From positions 5,376,001-5,440,000 of the forward strand of contig OZ245002.1 of the NCBI GenBank assembly GCA_965223415.1: DNA of 64,000 bases, written 5' to 3'. Positions 40,389 to 50,053 of the stretch are shown piece after piece. Under the pieces are notes generated by a model, which was not told where the DNA came from, did not search any database, and saw nothing but the letters and a program-made list of their open reading frames with translations. Numbering within the stretch: position 1 is the stretch's first letter; every line of letters starts with the position of its first letter. The position numbers and the translations under genes are program-made. The stretch is from Myxococcota bacterium (GTDB lineage Bacteria > Myxococcota_A > UBA9160 > UBA6930).

Positions 40389-40896
40389 TCGCGACTTCGA
40401 CCCGGAGAAGATGCTCTCCGTGCTGGCGGAGGCAGGCGTGGAGTTCGTCCTCATCGGCGGTATGGCGGCAATCCTGCACGGCGACGTCGGGGTCACCGTC
40501 GACCTGGATGTCGTTCCTGACCGCGAAGCGGCGAATCTCGAGCGTCTCGCGCGAGCTCTACAAGAGCTTGGAGCACGCATCCGCACCGAGGGTGAGCCGG
40601 AGGGATTGGCGTTCGATTGCTCGGCCCAGTTCTTCGCCAACCTGTCTCCTGACTCGATCGTGAACATGACCACGCAGGCAGGCGACCTGGACGTCACGTT
40701 CTGCCCGAGCGGAACGCAGGGCTTCCGGGACCTCCGGCGAGACGCCGTTGAAATCGAAGCGGCCGAGCGCCTACACATCCTGGTGGCATCGCTCGCAGAC
40801 ATCATTCGCTCGAAGGAAGCTGCCGGTCGAGAGAAAGACCGCCTCGCCCTGCCCCGCCTTCGTCGACTACTGGATCGCCTCGGCGAGAGCGAGTAG
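40381..40896 (+). CDS. Nucleotidyltransferase-like protein (putative TA partner)
   Basis: FVLIGG.A..LHG...T.DLD, SK.AAGR.KD. Confidence 0.8.
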   Translation: MASRDFDPEKMLSVLAEAGVEFVLIGGMAAILHGDVGVTVDLDVVPDREAANLERLARALQELGARIRTEGEPEGLAFDCSAQFFANLSPDSIVNMTTQAGDLDVTFCPSGTQGFRDLRRDAVEIEAAERLHILVASLADIIRSKEAAGREKDRLALPRLRRLLDRLGESE

Positions 40897-40914
40897 CCGC
40901 GGCTGGGGGCCCGC

Positions 40915-41030
40915 CCCCCGACCCCCAGGTTCGAAGCCTGAAGGGACCCGTAGGAAATCCAAATAGTTACGGGATTCCGAGCGGGAATACGCGGGAATGA
41001 GCGGGAATACGGGCACAAAATGGTCACACC
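40915..41030 (-). repeat. tRNA-Arg(TCG) fragment plus GCGGGAATNN x3 flank
   Basis: CCCCGACCCCCAGGTTCGAAGCCTG; 10-bp triple repeat at 40981-41010. Confidence 0.8.
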
Positions 41031-41110
41031 GGAAATGCTCCGGCGAGTCAATTCTCATGCGGCGACCCATCTGATTTTCCTATTCGAATGGTCATGATAT
41101 ATTGAAGTTC

Positions 41111-42265
41111 ATGTTCGCACGGTACCTGCATCTGCCTCGGCCAGGGACGGAGTCCTTCTTTCTCTGGGGGCCTCGTCAGACGGGCAAGAGCACGCTGCTC
41201 CGGCAGTCCTACCCGGACGGTCGCTGGATCGACCTGCTCAAGGCCGAGGAGTTTCGACGCTATCTGGCTCGCCCCGAGTTGCTGCGGCAGGAGATCGAGG
41301 CCGAGTGGCCGACAGAGAATCGGCAAGTCGTGATCGACGAGATTCAGAAGGTGCCCGCTCTGCTCGACGAGGTTCACTGGCTCATCGAGAATCGCGGCCT
41401 GCACTTCGCGCTATGCGGTTCCAGCGCCCGCAAGGTCAAACGGGGTGCGGCCAACCTCCTGGGTGGGAGAGCTCTACGGTTCGAGCTTCACGGTCTCACC
41501 GCAGGCGAGCTCGGTCGCGAGTTCGACCTCGACCGGATGCTCAACCACGGCTACCTGCCCCGGATCTACGAGGCGAGTCGCCCGCGCCGGCTGTTGAACG
41601 CGTATGTGGCCGACTACCTCAAGGAGGAGGTCGCGGCCGAAGGCCTGGTGAGAAACCTCCCAATCTTCTCTGAGTTTCTCGATGTCGCCTCCCTCAGCGA
41701 CGGTGAGATCGTGAACTTCTCGAACATCGCGCGTGAGTGCGGAGTCTCGAGTCACACGACGAAGAGTCACTTCCAGATCTTGGAAGACACACTGCTCGGG
41801 CGTTGGCTGCCGGCCTATCGGAAGCGACCGAAGCGGAGGGTGATCCGCGCGCCGAAGTTCTACTTCGTCGATGTCGGCGTCGTGAACCGGCTGGCCAAGC
41901 GGGGGGAGCTGTCTCCCGGCTCCGAGCTCTACGGCAAGGCCTTCGAGAACTGGGTCTTCCACGAGCTGTCGGCCTTCGCGAGCTATCGGGAGTTCGACGG
42001 CGGTCTGTCCTACTGGCGGTTGGCCAGTGGTATCGAGGTCGACTTCATCCTCGGAGACATGGAGATCGCCATCGAGGCGAAGTCCAGTGCCAGGGTCACA
42101 CGCGATCACTTGAAGGGGCTGCGGAGCCTCGTGGAGGACCATCCCGACGTGGGGCGGCGGATCGTGGTTTGCCGGGAGTCACGGGCGCGCAAGACCGAGG
42201 ACGGAATCGAGATCCTTCCCGCATCATCCTTCGTTCGCCGGCTCTGGGCGGGCGACCTCGCATGA
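41111..42265 (+). CDS. AAA+ ATPase with DUF4143-type C-terminus
   Basis: GPRQTGKS, IDEIQK, KFYFVDVG, EVDF...IEAK. Confidence 0.9.
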   Translation: MFARYLHLPRPGTESFFLWGPRQTGKSTLLRQSYPDGRWIDLLKAEEFRRYLARPELLRQEIEAEWPTENRQVVIDEIQKVPALLDEVHWLIENRGLHFALCGSSARKVKRGAANLLGGRALRFELHGLTAGELGREFDLDRMLNHGYLPRIYEASRPRRLLNAYVADYLKEEVAAEGLVRNLPIFSEFLDVASLSDGEIVNFSNIARECGVSSHTTKSHFQILEDTLLGRWLPAYRKRPKRRVIRAPKFYFVDVGVVNRLAKRGELSPGSELYGKAFENWVFHELSAFASYREFDGGLSYWRLASGIEVDFILGDMEIAIEAKSSARVTRDHLKGLRSLVEDHPDVGRRIVVCRESRARKTEDGIEILPASSFVRRLWAGDLA

Positions 42266-42368
42266 GTTCGGAATCTCGAGGTCCGCGTATGGGCGTTATG
42301 TCAAACCCCTACGGGGAGCCCCGCAGCGGACTTCTCGCGGAAATTCGCCCTCGCCGAGGGTGACTTCC

Positions 42369-42706
42369 TCAAGGGCTTGATGAAGAACTTCCGGACGAGC
42401 TGGCCGACATTTCGACCAGAACGTCGTAGTGGGCGTAGTTCTCCGACGTGGCGCTAACCAGGTCATGCGTCAGGATGTAGGGATCCCCCTCGATAAAGTG
42501 CTCCGTCCAGTGGCCCTCGCTGACGAGGACGCAGCCGGGTCGGATCGCATCGTCGAGTCGACATTCGATCTTCATCTGGCCCCGGTCGTTGAAGACGCTC
42601 ACGATGTCTCCATCTGCCACGTCTCTCGCCCGCGCGTCCGCGGGATGGACGCGCACGATCGGGTTCGGCTCCCGCGCATTCGGCATATCCAGATTCGCGA
42701 AGGTCG
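42369..42706 (-). pseudogene. Molybdopterin dinucleotide-binding domain remnant
   Basis: VHPADA..R...DGD.V.VFNDRG...IRPG; truncated by the IS481-like fragment. Confidence 0.75.
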
Positions 42707-42708
42707 TG

Positions 42709-43336
42709 GGACTTCGGGCTGCCGACGGCGATCCGCACCGACAACGGGGTTCCCTTCGCGTCGCCCAACGCACTCTTCGGTCTCTCGAGCTCTCGATCTG
42801 GTGGCTCAAGCTCGGCATCCAGATCCAGCGCATCAAGCCGGGCTGCCCCCAGCAGAACGGACGGCACGAACGCATGCATCTCACGCTCAAGAAAGAAGCC
42901 ACCAAGCCCGCGTCGTTCAACTTCCTGCAGCAGCAGGAGCGCTTCGACCGGTTCACAGGCGTTTACAATCACGAGCGACCGCACCAGGCCCTGGACGGGG
43001 CGTACCCCGGCGACGTCTATACACCTTCGCCGCGCGCCTACGAGCCGCCCGGGGAGCCCGAGTACCCGTTCCACGACCGATCCGTCCGGGTCACCCAGTG
43101 CGGTCGGATCTGCCTCGGACGCCGCAAGATCAATCTCAGCACCGTCTTCGCGGGCCAGACCGTGGGCCTCCGCGAGGTCGACGACCAGGTCTGGCTCGTC
43201 AGCTTCCTGGACTTCGATCTGGGCTTCTTCGACCAGGACGAGGGCCGGATCGAGCCCGCCCCGAACCCCTTCGGGCCCCAGAAAGTGTCAACCATGTCCC
43301 CGGAATGATCTGTAAACCATGTGCCCGGAATGGACC
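42709..43336 (+). mobile_element. IS481-like element, 3' part with end repeats
   Basis: IRTDNG (frameshifted) ... QQNGRHERMH; TGT.AACCATGT.CCCGGAAT x2. Confidence 0.8.
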
Positions 43337-43346
43337 GCGGAATCTT

Positions 43347-43401
43347 TGGCACGCCGGGAGGGATTCGAACCCCCGACCCCCAGGTTCGAAGCCCGATGCT
43401 C
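43347..43401 (-). repeat. tRNA-Arg(TCG) 3' two-thirds (incomplete tRNA)
   Basis: Reverse complement GAGCATCGGGCTTCGAACCTGGGGGTCGGGGGTTCGAATCCCTCCCGGCGTGCCA; 5' acceptor strand and D-arm absent. Confidence 0.88.
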
Positions 43402-43555
43402 GATGTCGAACCACCGGACAACGCAGTTCGAAGAGCCGCGCGCTTCCGGGCGTCGGGGATCCGAGATCTGGCGCTCCGCGCAACAACCAAGGGCAACCAT
43501 AGCGCCGAACCAAGCACCGCCAGAACGCGAATTACTCAGCGAATCCAGCGGGTTA

Positions 43556-43652
43556 TGGCGGGGCGGACGGGACTCGAACCTACAACCTCCGGCTGTAACC
43601 CCGCGGAAACGCGGGGGTTCGAAGAGGTGAAGCTTGTATCCCGTTGTATCCC
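43556..43652 (-). repeat. tRNA-Asp 3' fragment att-like site 5 (type B)
   Basis: Same core and TGTATCCC x2. Confidence 0.9.
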
Positions 43653-43692
43653 GCTGCGGGCAGCCGAGGGCTCCGACGCCCATGGATCGGTT

Positions 43693-43708
43693 GTAGCTTT
43701 AAAGCTAC
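43693..43708. promoter_or_regulatory. Perfect palindrome, candidate TA operator
   Basis: GTAGCTTTAAAGCTAC, also at 58858-58873. Confidence 0.6.
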
Positions 43709-44061
43709 CCTAGCTCGGTGCCGACGGAGGTCGAGGTCAGAATCTACGCCCTACCGGACGGCAGCGAGCCCTACACGCGGTGGGAGGCGGCACTCAGGGA
43801 CAGACAGGCGCGCGCACGGATCCGGGCGCGGATCGGACGGCTTCGGCTGGGCAACTTCGGCGACGCCAAGCGCGTCGGTGAGGTGTTCGAGCTTCGGGTG
43901 CCCGCCGGGCCCGGCTACCGCATCTACTACGGGCGGGACGGCGACGCCGTGGTGGTCCTGCTCTGCGGCGGAGACAAGTGTCGCAGGACGTGATATTCGA
44001 GGGCTAAGAGGACACGTAGATTTGCGCACCTCCTGTTGAGCCGCTGCGCGGCACGTTCCCC

Positions 44062-45348
44062 GTGAGGGAGGGGGGCGTGGGGCAGCGGCGACTGAGGCAG
44101 GAGGAAGTGATGACGATCGAAGTGCTGCACGAGCGGGGGTGCTCGAACCGGGAGATCGCCCGCCAGCTGGGGATCCGGGAGAGCGCGGTGCGCTACCGGC
44201 TGAAGCGGCTGGCGGAGGGGGCGCGAGACGGCCGGAGCGGGAAGCCCTTCCTGGCCGAGGCGGTCCACGAGGTGATCGCGGAGTGGCTGGAGGCGAGCTC
44301 GGGAGGCCGTGGCGTGAACCTGCAGGAGCTTCACGAGTTCCTGGTGGAGGAGCACGGGTACACGGGGAGCTCCAAGAGCGTGCAGCGGTACGTGCGGGCC
44401 CGGTTCCCGAGACCGAAGGTGCGGAGCCGGCGTCGGGTGGAGACACCGCCCGGGGCGCAGGGTCAGGTGGACTGGGGCGAGTTTCCGGGCGTGCGGATCG
44501 GGGGCCAGGAGGTGGACCTGCATGCCTTCCACCTGGTGCTCTCGCACTCGCGGCGAGAAGCGGTGGTGTGGTCGGAGCGGGCGGACACGCTGGCGTGGCT
44601 GGACGTGCACAACCGGGCCTTCGAGCGGCTGGGCGGGGTGCCGGCGGTGCTGCGGGTCGACAACGTGAAGACAGCGGTGGCGAAGGGGGCGGGGCCATGG
44701 GGGACGGTGAACCCGGCTTACGCGAGCTATGCCGGGGCCCTTCGCTTCCACGTGGACGCCACCCGTCCCCGCCAGCCGCAGGAGAAGGGGAAGGTGGAGC
44801 GTCGGATCCTGGGGCACCGGCGGGGCTTCGATCCGCGTCGGCGGGAGCACGAGAGCCTGGAGTCGCTGCAAGCGTGGACGGACGGCCAGGTGGCGCGCTC
44901 GAGCCACCGGCGGCAGTGCCCGGCGACGGGCACGACGGTCTTCCAGGCGTGGGAGGCGGAGAAGCCCCATCTCGGGGCCCTGCCCGAGCGGCTTCCCGAG
45001 CCCTTCGACCTGGCCGTGATGCGACGTGTCGGGCGCGACGCCACGGTGCGCTTCGAGGGGCGTACCTACAGCGTCCCCTTCCGCTTCGTCGAGCAGAGCG
45101 TCGAGGTGCGCGGCTGCGCCCGGCAGGTGCAGGTCTGGGCCGAGGGCTCGGTGGTGGCCGCGCACCCGCGCCACACGCGAAGCCGCCTGCTGCTGGACCC
45201 GAGCCACTACGAGGGGCCGAGCACGGAGGGGGTGGAGGCGCCCGTACCGCTCGGGCGCATGGGTCGACGCCTCCAGGAGCTGTGGGCGATGGAGCCGGAG
45301 CAGCGGCCGATCGACCTCTATGCCGATCTGGCGGAGGTGGCGCGATGA
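44062..45348 (+). CDS. istA: IS21 transposase
   Basis: Same protein as 10275-11561. Confidence 0.95.
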   Translation: MREGGVGQRRLRQEEVMTIEVLHERGCSNREIARQLGIRESAVRYRLKRLAEGARDGRSGKPFLAEAVHEVIAEWLEASSGGRGVNLQELHEFLVEEHGYTGSSKSVQRYVRARFPRPKVRSRRRVETPPGAQGQVDWGEFPGVRIGGQEVDLHAFHLVLSHSRREAVVWSERADTLAWLDVHNRAFERLGGVPAVLRVDNVKTAVAKGAGPWGTVNPAYASYAGALRFHVDATRPRQPQEKGKVERRILGHRRGFDPRRREHESLESLQAWTDGQVARSSHRRQCPATGTTVFQAWEAEKPHLGALPERLPEPFDLAVMRRVGRDATVRFEGRTYSVPFRFVEQSVEVRGCARQVQVWAEGSVVAAHPRHTRSRLLLDPSHYEGPSTEGVEAPVPLGRMGRRLQELWAMEPEQRPIDLYADLAEVAR

Positions 45349-46145
45349 CGGCGGGAAACCCGGTGCCCAAGAAGGGCGGCAAGGTGGATCTCGACCCGAC
45401 CCGCGAGCGGCTCGTGCGCCTCGGCCTCCATCACGCGGCCGAGCACATCGGCGAGGAGCTGGCCCGAGCGACCAAGGACGACCTCGTGCCCCACCGCTTC
45501 CTCGACCTGCTGCTCGAGGCCGAGCTGCAGCACCGCGAGGAGCGGAGGATGAAGACCTCGCTCCGTCTCTCGGGCCTTCCCACGGGGCAGACCCTCGGCA
45601 ACTTCGACTTCGCCTTCCAGCCGAGTGTGGAGCGGAGCCGGATCGAGACGCTGGGCACCTGCGCGTGGATCCGGGCCAAGGAGAGTCTGCTGATCCAGGG
45701 TCCGCCGGGAGTGGGCAAGACCCACCTGGCGGTGGCCCTGGGGGTGCGGGCCGTGGAGAACGGCTTCTCCGTGGCCTTCCATCGCCTCGAGGACCTGCTG
45801 GCGGCCCTCAAGCGCGACGCCGAGATCAGCCCGCAACGGCTGCGGCGGCGCAAGCACATGAACGTGGCGCTCCTCGTCATCGACGAGGTCGGCTTCGAGC
45901 CCATGACGCGCCAGGAGGCGAGCCTCTTCTTCCGGCTCGTCTCCTACCGCTATGGGAGGGGCTCGATCCTGATCACCACGAACAAGGGCATCGCCGACTG
46001 GCCCGAGGTGCTGGCGGGCGACGAGGTGCTGGCCACCGCCATCCTCGATCGCCTCCTCCACCACAGCCAGGTGCTCAACATCTCGGGGCGGAGCTACCGG
46101 CTCCGCGAGCTCGAGCAGGCCGCGGGGCAAAGCGCCCAGCGTTGA
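45345..46145 (+). CDS. istB: IS21 helper ATPase
   Basis: GPPGVGKT, LVIDEVG, LDRLLHH. Confidence 0.95.
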   Translation: MTAGNPVPKKGGKVDLDPTRERLVRLGLHHAAEHIGEELARATKDDLVPHRFLDLLLEAELQHREERRMKTSLRLSGLPTGQTLGNFDFAFQPSVERSRIETLGTCAWIRAKESLLIQGPPGVGKTHLAVALGVRAVENGFSVAFHRLEDLLAALKRDAEISPQRLRRRKHMNVALLVIDEVGFEPMTRQEASLFFRLVSYRYGRGSILITTNKGIADWPEVLAGDEVLATAILDRLLHHSQVLNISGRSYRLRELEQAAGQSAQR

Positions 46146-46349
46146 GGCCCCAGAGGGCGGCCTGACGGCCGTGCTCTCCTTCGGAGAGCGGAAGAGAAGA
46201 AGGAAGAACCGAACATCAACCCAGGGGGGTGCGCAAAACTAGCCGTCCTCTTAGCGCGCAAGAGATGACGTCCCTCGACAACAAGGGATCACAGGCGAGA
46301 GACATCGAGCGCGCCGAAGGGTATTGGCGCGACTACCGGAGTCGAAACG

Positions 46350-46652
46350 ATGGCAAGAGCTAGAGACTACCGAGAGCACCTGGACGAGGTGCTGAAGGAC
46401 CACGCGGAGGCGGTGGCCTACCTGAACGCCGCTCTAGCAGAGGACGACCCGGAAGTGTTCCTCCTCGCGCTCCGCGACGTGGCCCGCACTCGGGAGGGTG
46501 GACTCGCAGGCCTGGCCGAGGCCGCGCAGCTCAACCGCGAGCACCTCTACCGGATGCTCTCCGAGAACGGCAACCCGGAGCTCCGCAGCCTGGAGGCACT
46601 CCTCGACGCGCTGGGCTTCCGCCTGAGCGTCGAGCTGAAGGCAACGGGCTGA
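46350..46652 (+). CDS. Addiction-module antidote protein (HTH)
   Basis: YLNAAL, ALRDVAR, RE.LYR.LS..GNP. Confidence 0.9.
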   Translation: MARARDYREHLDEVLKDHAEAVAYLNAALAEDDPEVFLLALRDVARTREGGLAGLAEAAQLNREHLYRMLSENGNPELRSLEALLDALGFRLSVELKATG

Positions 46653-46702
46653 AGCAAGCCGGGAACGCCGCGACCCTTCAGCCGAAGGCCAACGGCTGGT
46701 CG

Positions 46703-46860
46703 CCGACCCCCAGGTTCGAAGCCTGGTCCACGAAGAAGAAGTGACGCGGGGTTACGTCTCGTTGCAGTGCAGGGGGGTGCAATAGGGTGCAGGGAGGGGT
46801 CGTTTCGACGGCACCAGATCCGCAGACGGCACTATGCGGCGCCTCTCGAGAGACTCTCTC
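46703..46860 (-). repeat. tRNA-Arg(TCG) fragment plus conserved GGGTGCA flank
   Basis: CCGACCCCCAGGTTCGAAGCCTGG; flank matches 61046-61172. Confidence 0.85.
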
Positions 46861-46975
46861 GGTCCGTGATCACACGTGAAGGCATCAACAACAAGGGGTC
46901 GCATAGCAGAGCAATCCTCGGGTGAGCGACAACCCCGTCGATCGACCGGCGCTCCTGGTGGGCCCGTGGCGGGCT

Positions 46976-47590
46976 TCAAGGGCTGGGAAAGAGCATCCTG
47001 AGCGTCGACCTGACGAAGCGCCTGATCTCCCGTCGCTGACGCCCGGCTAGCTGTAGCCGGACCATCATCTCGCCCGCGCCCAGCACCAGGTGCGCAACGT
47101 CGTCGGGATGCAGCTCGAGTCCCGCCCGCTCGCCCTTTGGCGTGGACCGCACCGCGGACGCCATGATCTCGGTCAAGCGGGACTGCGCCTCGAGGAATCG
47201 CGGCCCCAGCTCGCCTCGCATGGCCGAGGCCCAATCGAACCAGACGCGCGCTTGATCCGGGTCGCTCTCGGCTGACGCCGCGATCGCTTCGAATACGGTC
47301 GCGTATCGCTCCGGGAGCGACGTGTCGGTCTCGAAGGCGGTCTTCGTGATGGCCAGGAAATGTCGCCCGACTTCGTCGAGGACTGCATCGATGAGGGCAT
47401 CCCGATTCGGGAAATAGGCGTAGACGGTCGCCTCGGACACACGCGCCTCCTCCGCCACGTCGACCGGGCGCGCACCTGAAAGCCCGCAGCGGGCCACCAC
47501 GTGGATCCCTGCCGCGACAAGCGATGCGCGGCGCGCTTTGGGCGACAGGCGGGGAGCACGCGGGCGCCGGGCGGCGGTAGGAGAAGACAT
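46976..47590 (-). CDS. TetR/AcrR regulator
   Basis: DVAEEARVSEATVYAYF; divergent intergenic region has TATAAT and the ATTGACG...CGTCAAT IR. Confidence 0.88.
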   Translation of the reverse strand: MSSPTAARRPRAPRLSPKARRASLVAAGIHVVARCGLSGARPVDVAEEARVSEATVYAYFPNRDALIDAVLDEVGRHFLAITKTAFETDTSLPERYATVFEAIAASAESDPDQARVWFDWASAMRGELGPRFLEAQSRLTEIMASAVRSTPKGERAGLELHPDDVAHLVLGAGEMMVRLQLAGRQRREIRRFVRSTLRMLFPSP

Positions 47591-47694
47591 CGAGCCCTCT
47601 ATTGACGTTTGACTCAGTATAATGTTGACTCTAGTGAGCGAATCGTCAATGCCAATCGTCACTCCGAGCAACGCGCGCCGCGAGGTAGCCAACC

Positions 47695-48528
47695 ATGACC
47701 GAGCAGATTGAGCCCGGGGCCTCCGCATCGACGCCCGAGAGCGGCCACGAACCCATCCGGCTTCTCACCTACGCCAACAGCCCTTTCGGTGCGAAGGTCT
47801 ATTGGGCGTTGCAGTACAAGCGTCTCGACTTCGAACTCGTCAACGTCAACCCGTTGGTCCGAGGAGAGATCCGCTTCACGAATCAACGATTGGTCCCGGT
47901 CCTGACCGTCGGCGAGCAATGGGTGCAGGACTCTTCGGAGAACTGCGTGCGGTTGGATGAAGTCCATCCCGAGCGCCTGATCGCCGGGGCGACGCAAGCG
48001 GAGCGCGAGGCGGTCCTGGAAGCCGACCGATGGGTGACCGACAACGTCGTTGCGTTGCACTTCCTTGCCTGTATCGACAAGAGAGAGGGCGCAGCAACCG
48101 TCCGGAACGCGCGAAGAATGGCGACTGTCATCCTCGGGACGACGCACAATATGCCGTCCTTCTTGAAAAAGGCCGTTATGCCGGTGTGGCACCTCATCTT
48201 GCGAAACACGGGATTCGTCAAGCGTGCCGCTCACCAGCTCGACACCGCCAAGGAGATCGAATCGCTCCACGGGGAAGTGCTGAAGGGGTTCGAGGACCGC
48301 ATTGCCAAGACGGGCTTCCTCGCTGGGACGGAGGGCCCCTCGTTCGCAGATATCGGCGCATTCGCGGAAATCGCGTTCTGCACGACGCATGAGTTCGAGG
48401 GCACGCTCAACACGTCGTCATCAGAGCTGATCCAGGCGTGGTACGACCGCATGAGGAAGTGCTTTCCCGACAATCCGACGCCCGCCCTGTTCCCGACGTG
48501 GCCGCCCGTCGGATTCGCGGCCGCCTAG
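47695..48528 (+). CDS. Glutathione S-transferase family protein
   Basis: SPFGAKV..AL.YK, VPVL, DSS, PSFAD. Confidence 0.85.
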   Translation: MTEQIEPGASASTPESGHEPIRLLTYANSPFGAKVYWALQYKRLDFELVNVNPLVRGEIRFTNQRLVPVLTVGEQWVQDSSENCVRLDEVHPERLIAGATQAEREAVLEADRWVTDNVVALHFLACIDKREGAATVRNARRMATVILGTTHNMPSFLKKAVMPVWHLILRNTGFVKRAAHQLDTAKEIESLHGEVLKGFEDRIAKTGFLAGTEGPSFADIGAFAEIAFCTTHEFEGTLNTSSSELIQAWYDRMRKCFPDNPTPALFPTWPPVGFAAA

Positions 48529-49798
48529 CAGGCTGCTGAAATTCGGCGCTGAGAGGCGCCAGAACGCCAGAGGGCGCGGGTCCCCGCGGCCCGCTCGGCT
48601 CGCTCTTCGATCCCGGAAGCGATCCGGGGTACCTCGTCTCGATGCAGGTGCGTCATGTGACCTCTACGAGGTTGCGTATGCGGACCAGGTTGTAGACCGC
48701 CGCCGTGAAGACGAACATCCACCCGACCCGATCCGTGCCCCGGTGACGCGTCTTTCGCATTCCCCCGACCGTCTTCATCCAACCGAAGCACTCCTCGATC
48801 CGCTTGCGTTTGTGCTGGCTGATCGCGTAGCCCTCGTGACGGACCGTGCGACCGTCGATCCGGCTGGCCCGATTCGTCGTGTGCTGCGCCACGTGCGGCG
48901 TGATGTTGCGCTTCCGGCAGCCCGCCACGAACTCCTCGGTGTCGTAGCCCTTGTCCCCGCCCAGCGTGATCCGGCGCCTTCCCGCCACGTCCTCCGCCAT
49001 CTCCAGCGCTGCCAGCCGCTCGGCGTAGCCATCGGCCTCCGTCAGCAGCGCCGAGACGATCAGGCCGTTGCGGTTCTCCGTCAGCAGATGGCCCATGTAG
49101 GCCAGCTGCGAGGTCTGGCCCTTCTTGCGCGCCAGCCGCGCCTCGGGATCCGTCGTCGATTCGTGCGTCGCGTTGCTCCGCCGCTCTCCCCGAAAGTTCA
49201 CCGTCGGGTTGCCCGGATCGTCGTCTCCGTCGTCCCCCGAGCCGTCCTTCGCCCGGAAGCTCTTCTGGCTCGCCCACGCCTCGATCAGCGTGCCATCCAC
49301 CGTGAAGTGCTCCGACGACAGAAGGCCGTGGTCCTTTCCCTGCGCCAGCACCGCCTCAAAGAACGCCTCCGCCACGTCCCCTTCCAGCAGCCGGTCCCGG
49401 TTCTTCGTGAAGACCGTCGGGACCCAGACCGCATCCTCCATCCCCAGCCCTACGAACCAACGGAACAGCAGGTTGTACTCGAGCTGCTCCATCAGCTGGC
49501 GCTCACTCCGGATCGAGTAGAGCACCTGCAGCAACAGAGCCCGCAGCAGCCGCTCCGGTGGGATCGACGGCCGGCCCGTCGACGCGTAGAGCTCCGAGAA
49601 CCGCCGAGACAGGCCCCTCAGCGCCTCGTCCACCATCGCCCGCATGGGGCGAAGCGGATGATCCTCCGGAATCCGCGTCTCCAGCGAGACGTAGCTGAAC
49701 ATCGAACCCTGCTCTCGGTCGCTGCCGCGCATCCTCTCTCCCCCCGACCCATCTTCTACCATCGAGAACACGGAAACGCAGGGTTTTTCAGCAGCCTG
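48529..49798 (-). mobile_element. IS5 family element
   Basis: IR CAGGCTGCTGAAA; CTAG TSD at the GST stop codon. Confidence 0.92.
48653..49732 (-). CDS. IS5 family transposase
   Basis: MFSYVS.E.RIP.DHPLR, VDGTLI, GDKGYD, RKRIEE. Confidence 0.92.
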   Translation of the reverse strand: MRGSDREQGSMFSYVSLETRIPEDHPLRPMRAMVDEALRGLSRRFSELYASTGRPSIPPERLLRALLLQVLYSIRSERQLMEQLEYNLLFRWFVGLGMEDAVWVPTVFTKNRDRLLEGDVAEAFFEAVLAQGKDHGLLSSEHFTVDGTLIEAWASQKSFRAKDGSGDDGDDDPGNPTVNFRGERRSNATHESTTDPEARLARKKGQTSQLAYMGHLLTENRNGLIVSALLTEADGYAERLAALEMAEDVAGRRRITLGGDKGYDTEEFVAGCRKRNITPHVAQHTTNRASRIDGRTVRHEGYAISQHKRKRIEECFGWMKTVGGMRKTRHRGTDRVGWMFVFTAAVYNLVRIRNLVEVT

Positions 49799-50053
49799 CT
49801 AGGCGATACCAGGGTACGGTCCGGCCACATCCTTTACAGGAGTCCAGGGACATCGTTTACACCCGGGGGATGCCCTGGATGGAAACGGATGTCATTTCTC
49901 ACGGGCATGACTCACCTTTTCTCACGGGCATGACCCAGGCCTGACCGCGGTTTTCTCACGAGCATGACCCACCCCAGATGGGGGGGGCTCAGGAGGAGGC
50001 CGGTCCCGTGGCCGACCCAGGCCATTCTGCGGCGCCAGAGGAGGCGCAGGCAG

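Larger units (their letters stand above)
43979..46280 (+). mobile_element. IS21 type A, copy 2
   Basis: 2302 bp, TG...CA, 5-bp TSD ACAAG. Confidence 0.95.
43718..46363 (+). pseudogene. RelE/HigB-like addiction-module toxin interrupted by IS21 type A
   Basis: GNFGDAK.VG.V.ELR...GPGYRIYY, LCGGDK|GSQ; intact paralog at 58883. Confidence 0.9.

Noticed and set aside
43347..43420. Intact tRNA-Arg(TCG) gene
   Set aside because: The 5' acceptor strand and D-arm are missing, so it is recorded as a fragment. The Asp copies also stop at the anticodon arm.
44139..46145. 668-aa IstB with a long N-terminal extension
   Set aside because: The extension is an alternative frame of istA. istB starts at 45345.
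49741..49750. CCCCCGACCC as another Arg site
   Set aside because: It is only 10 bp, lies inside IS5 and lacks the CAGGTTCGAAGCC core.
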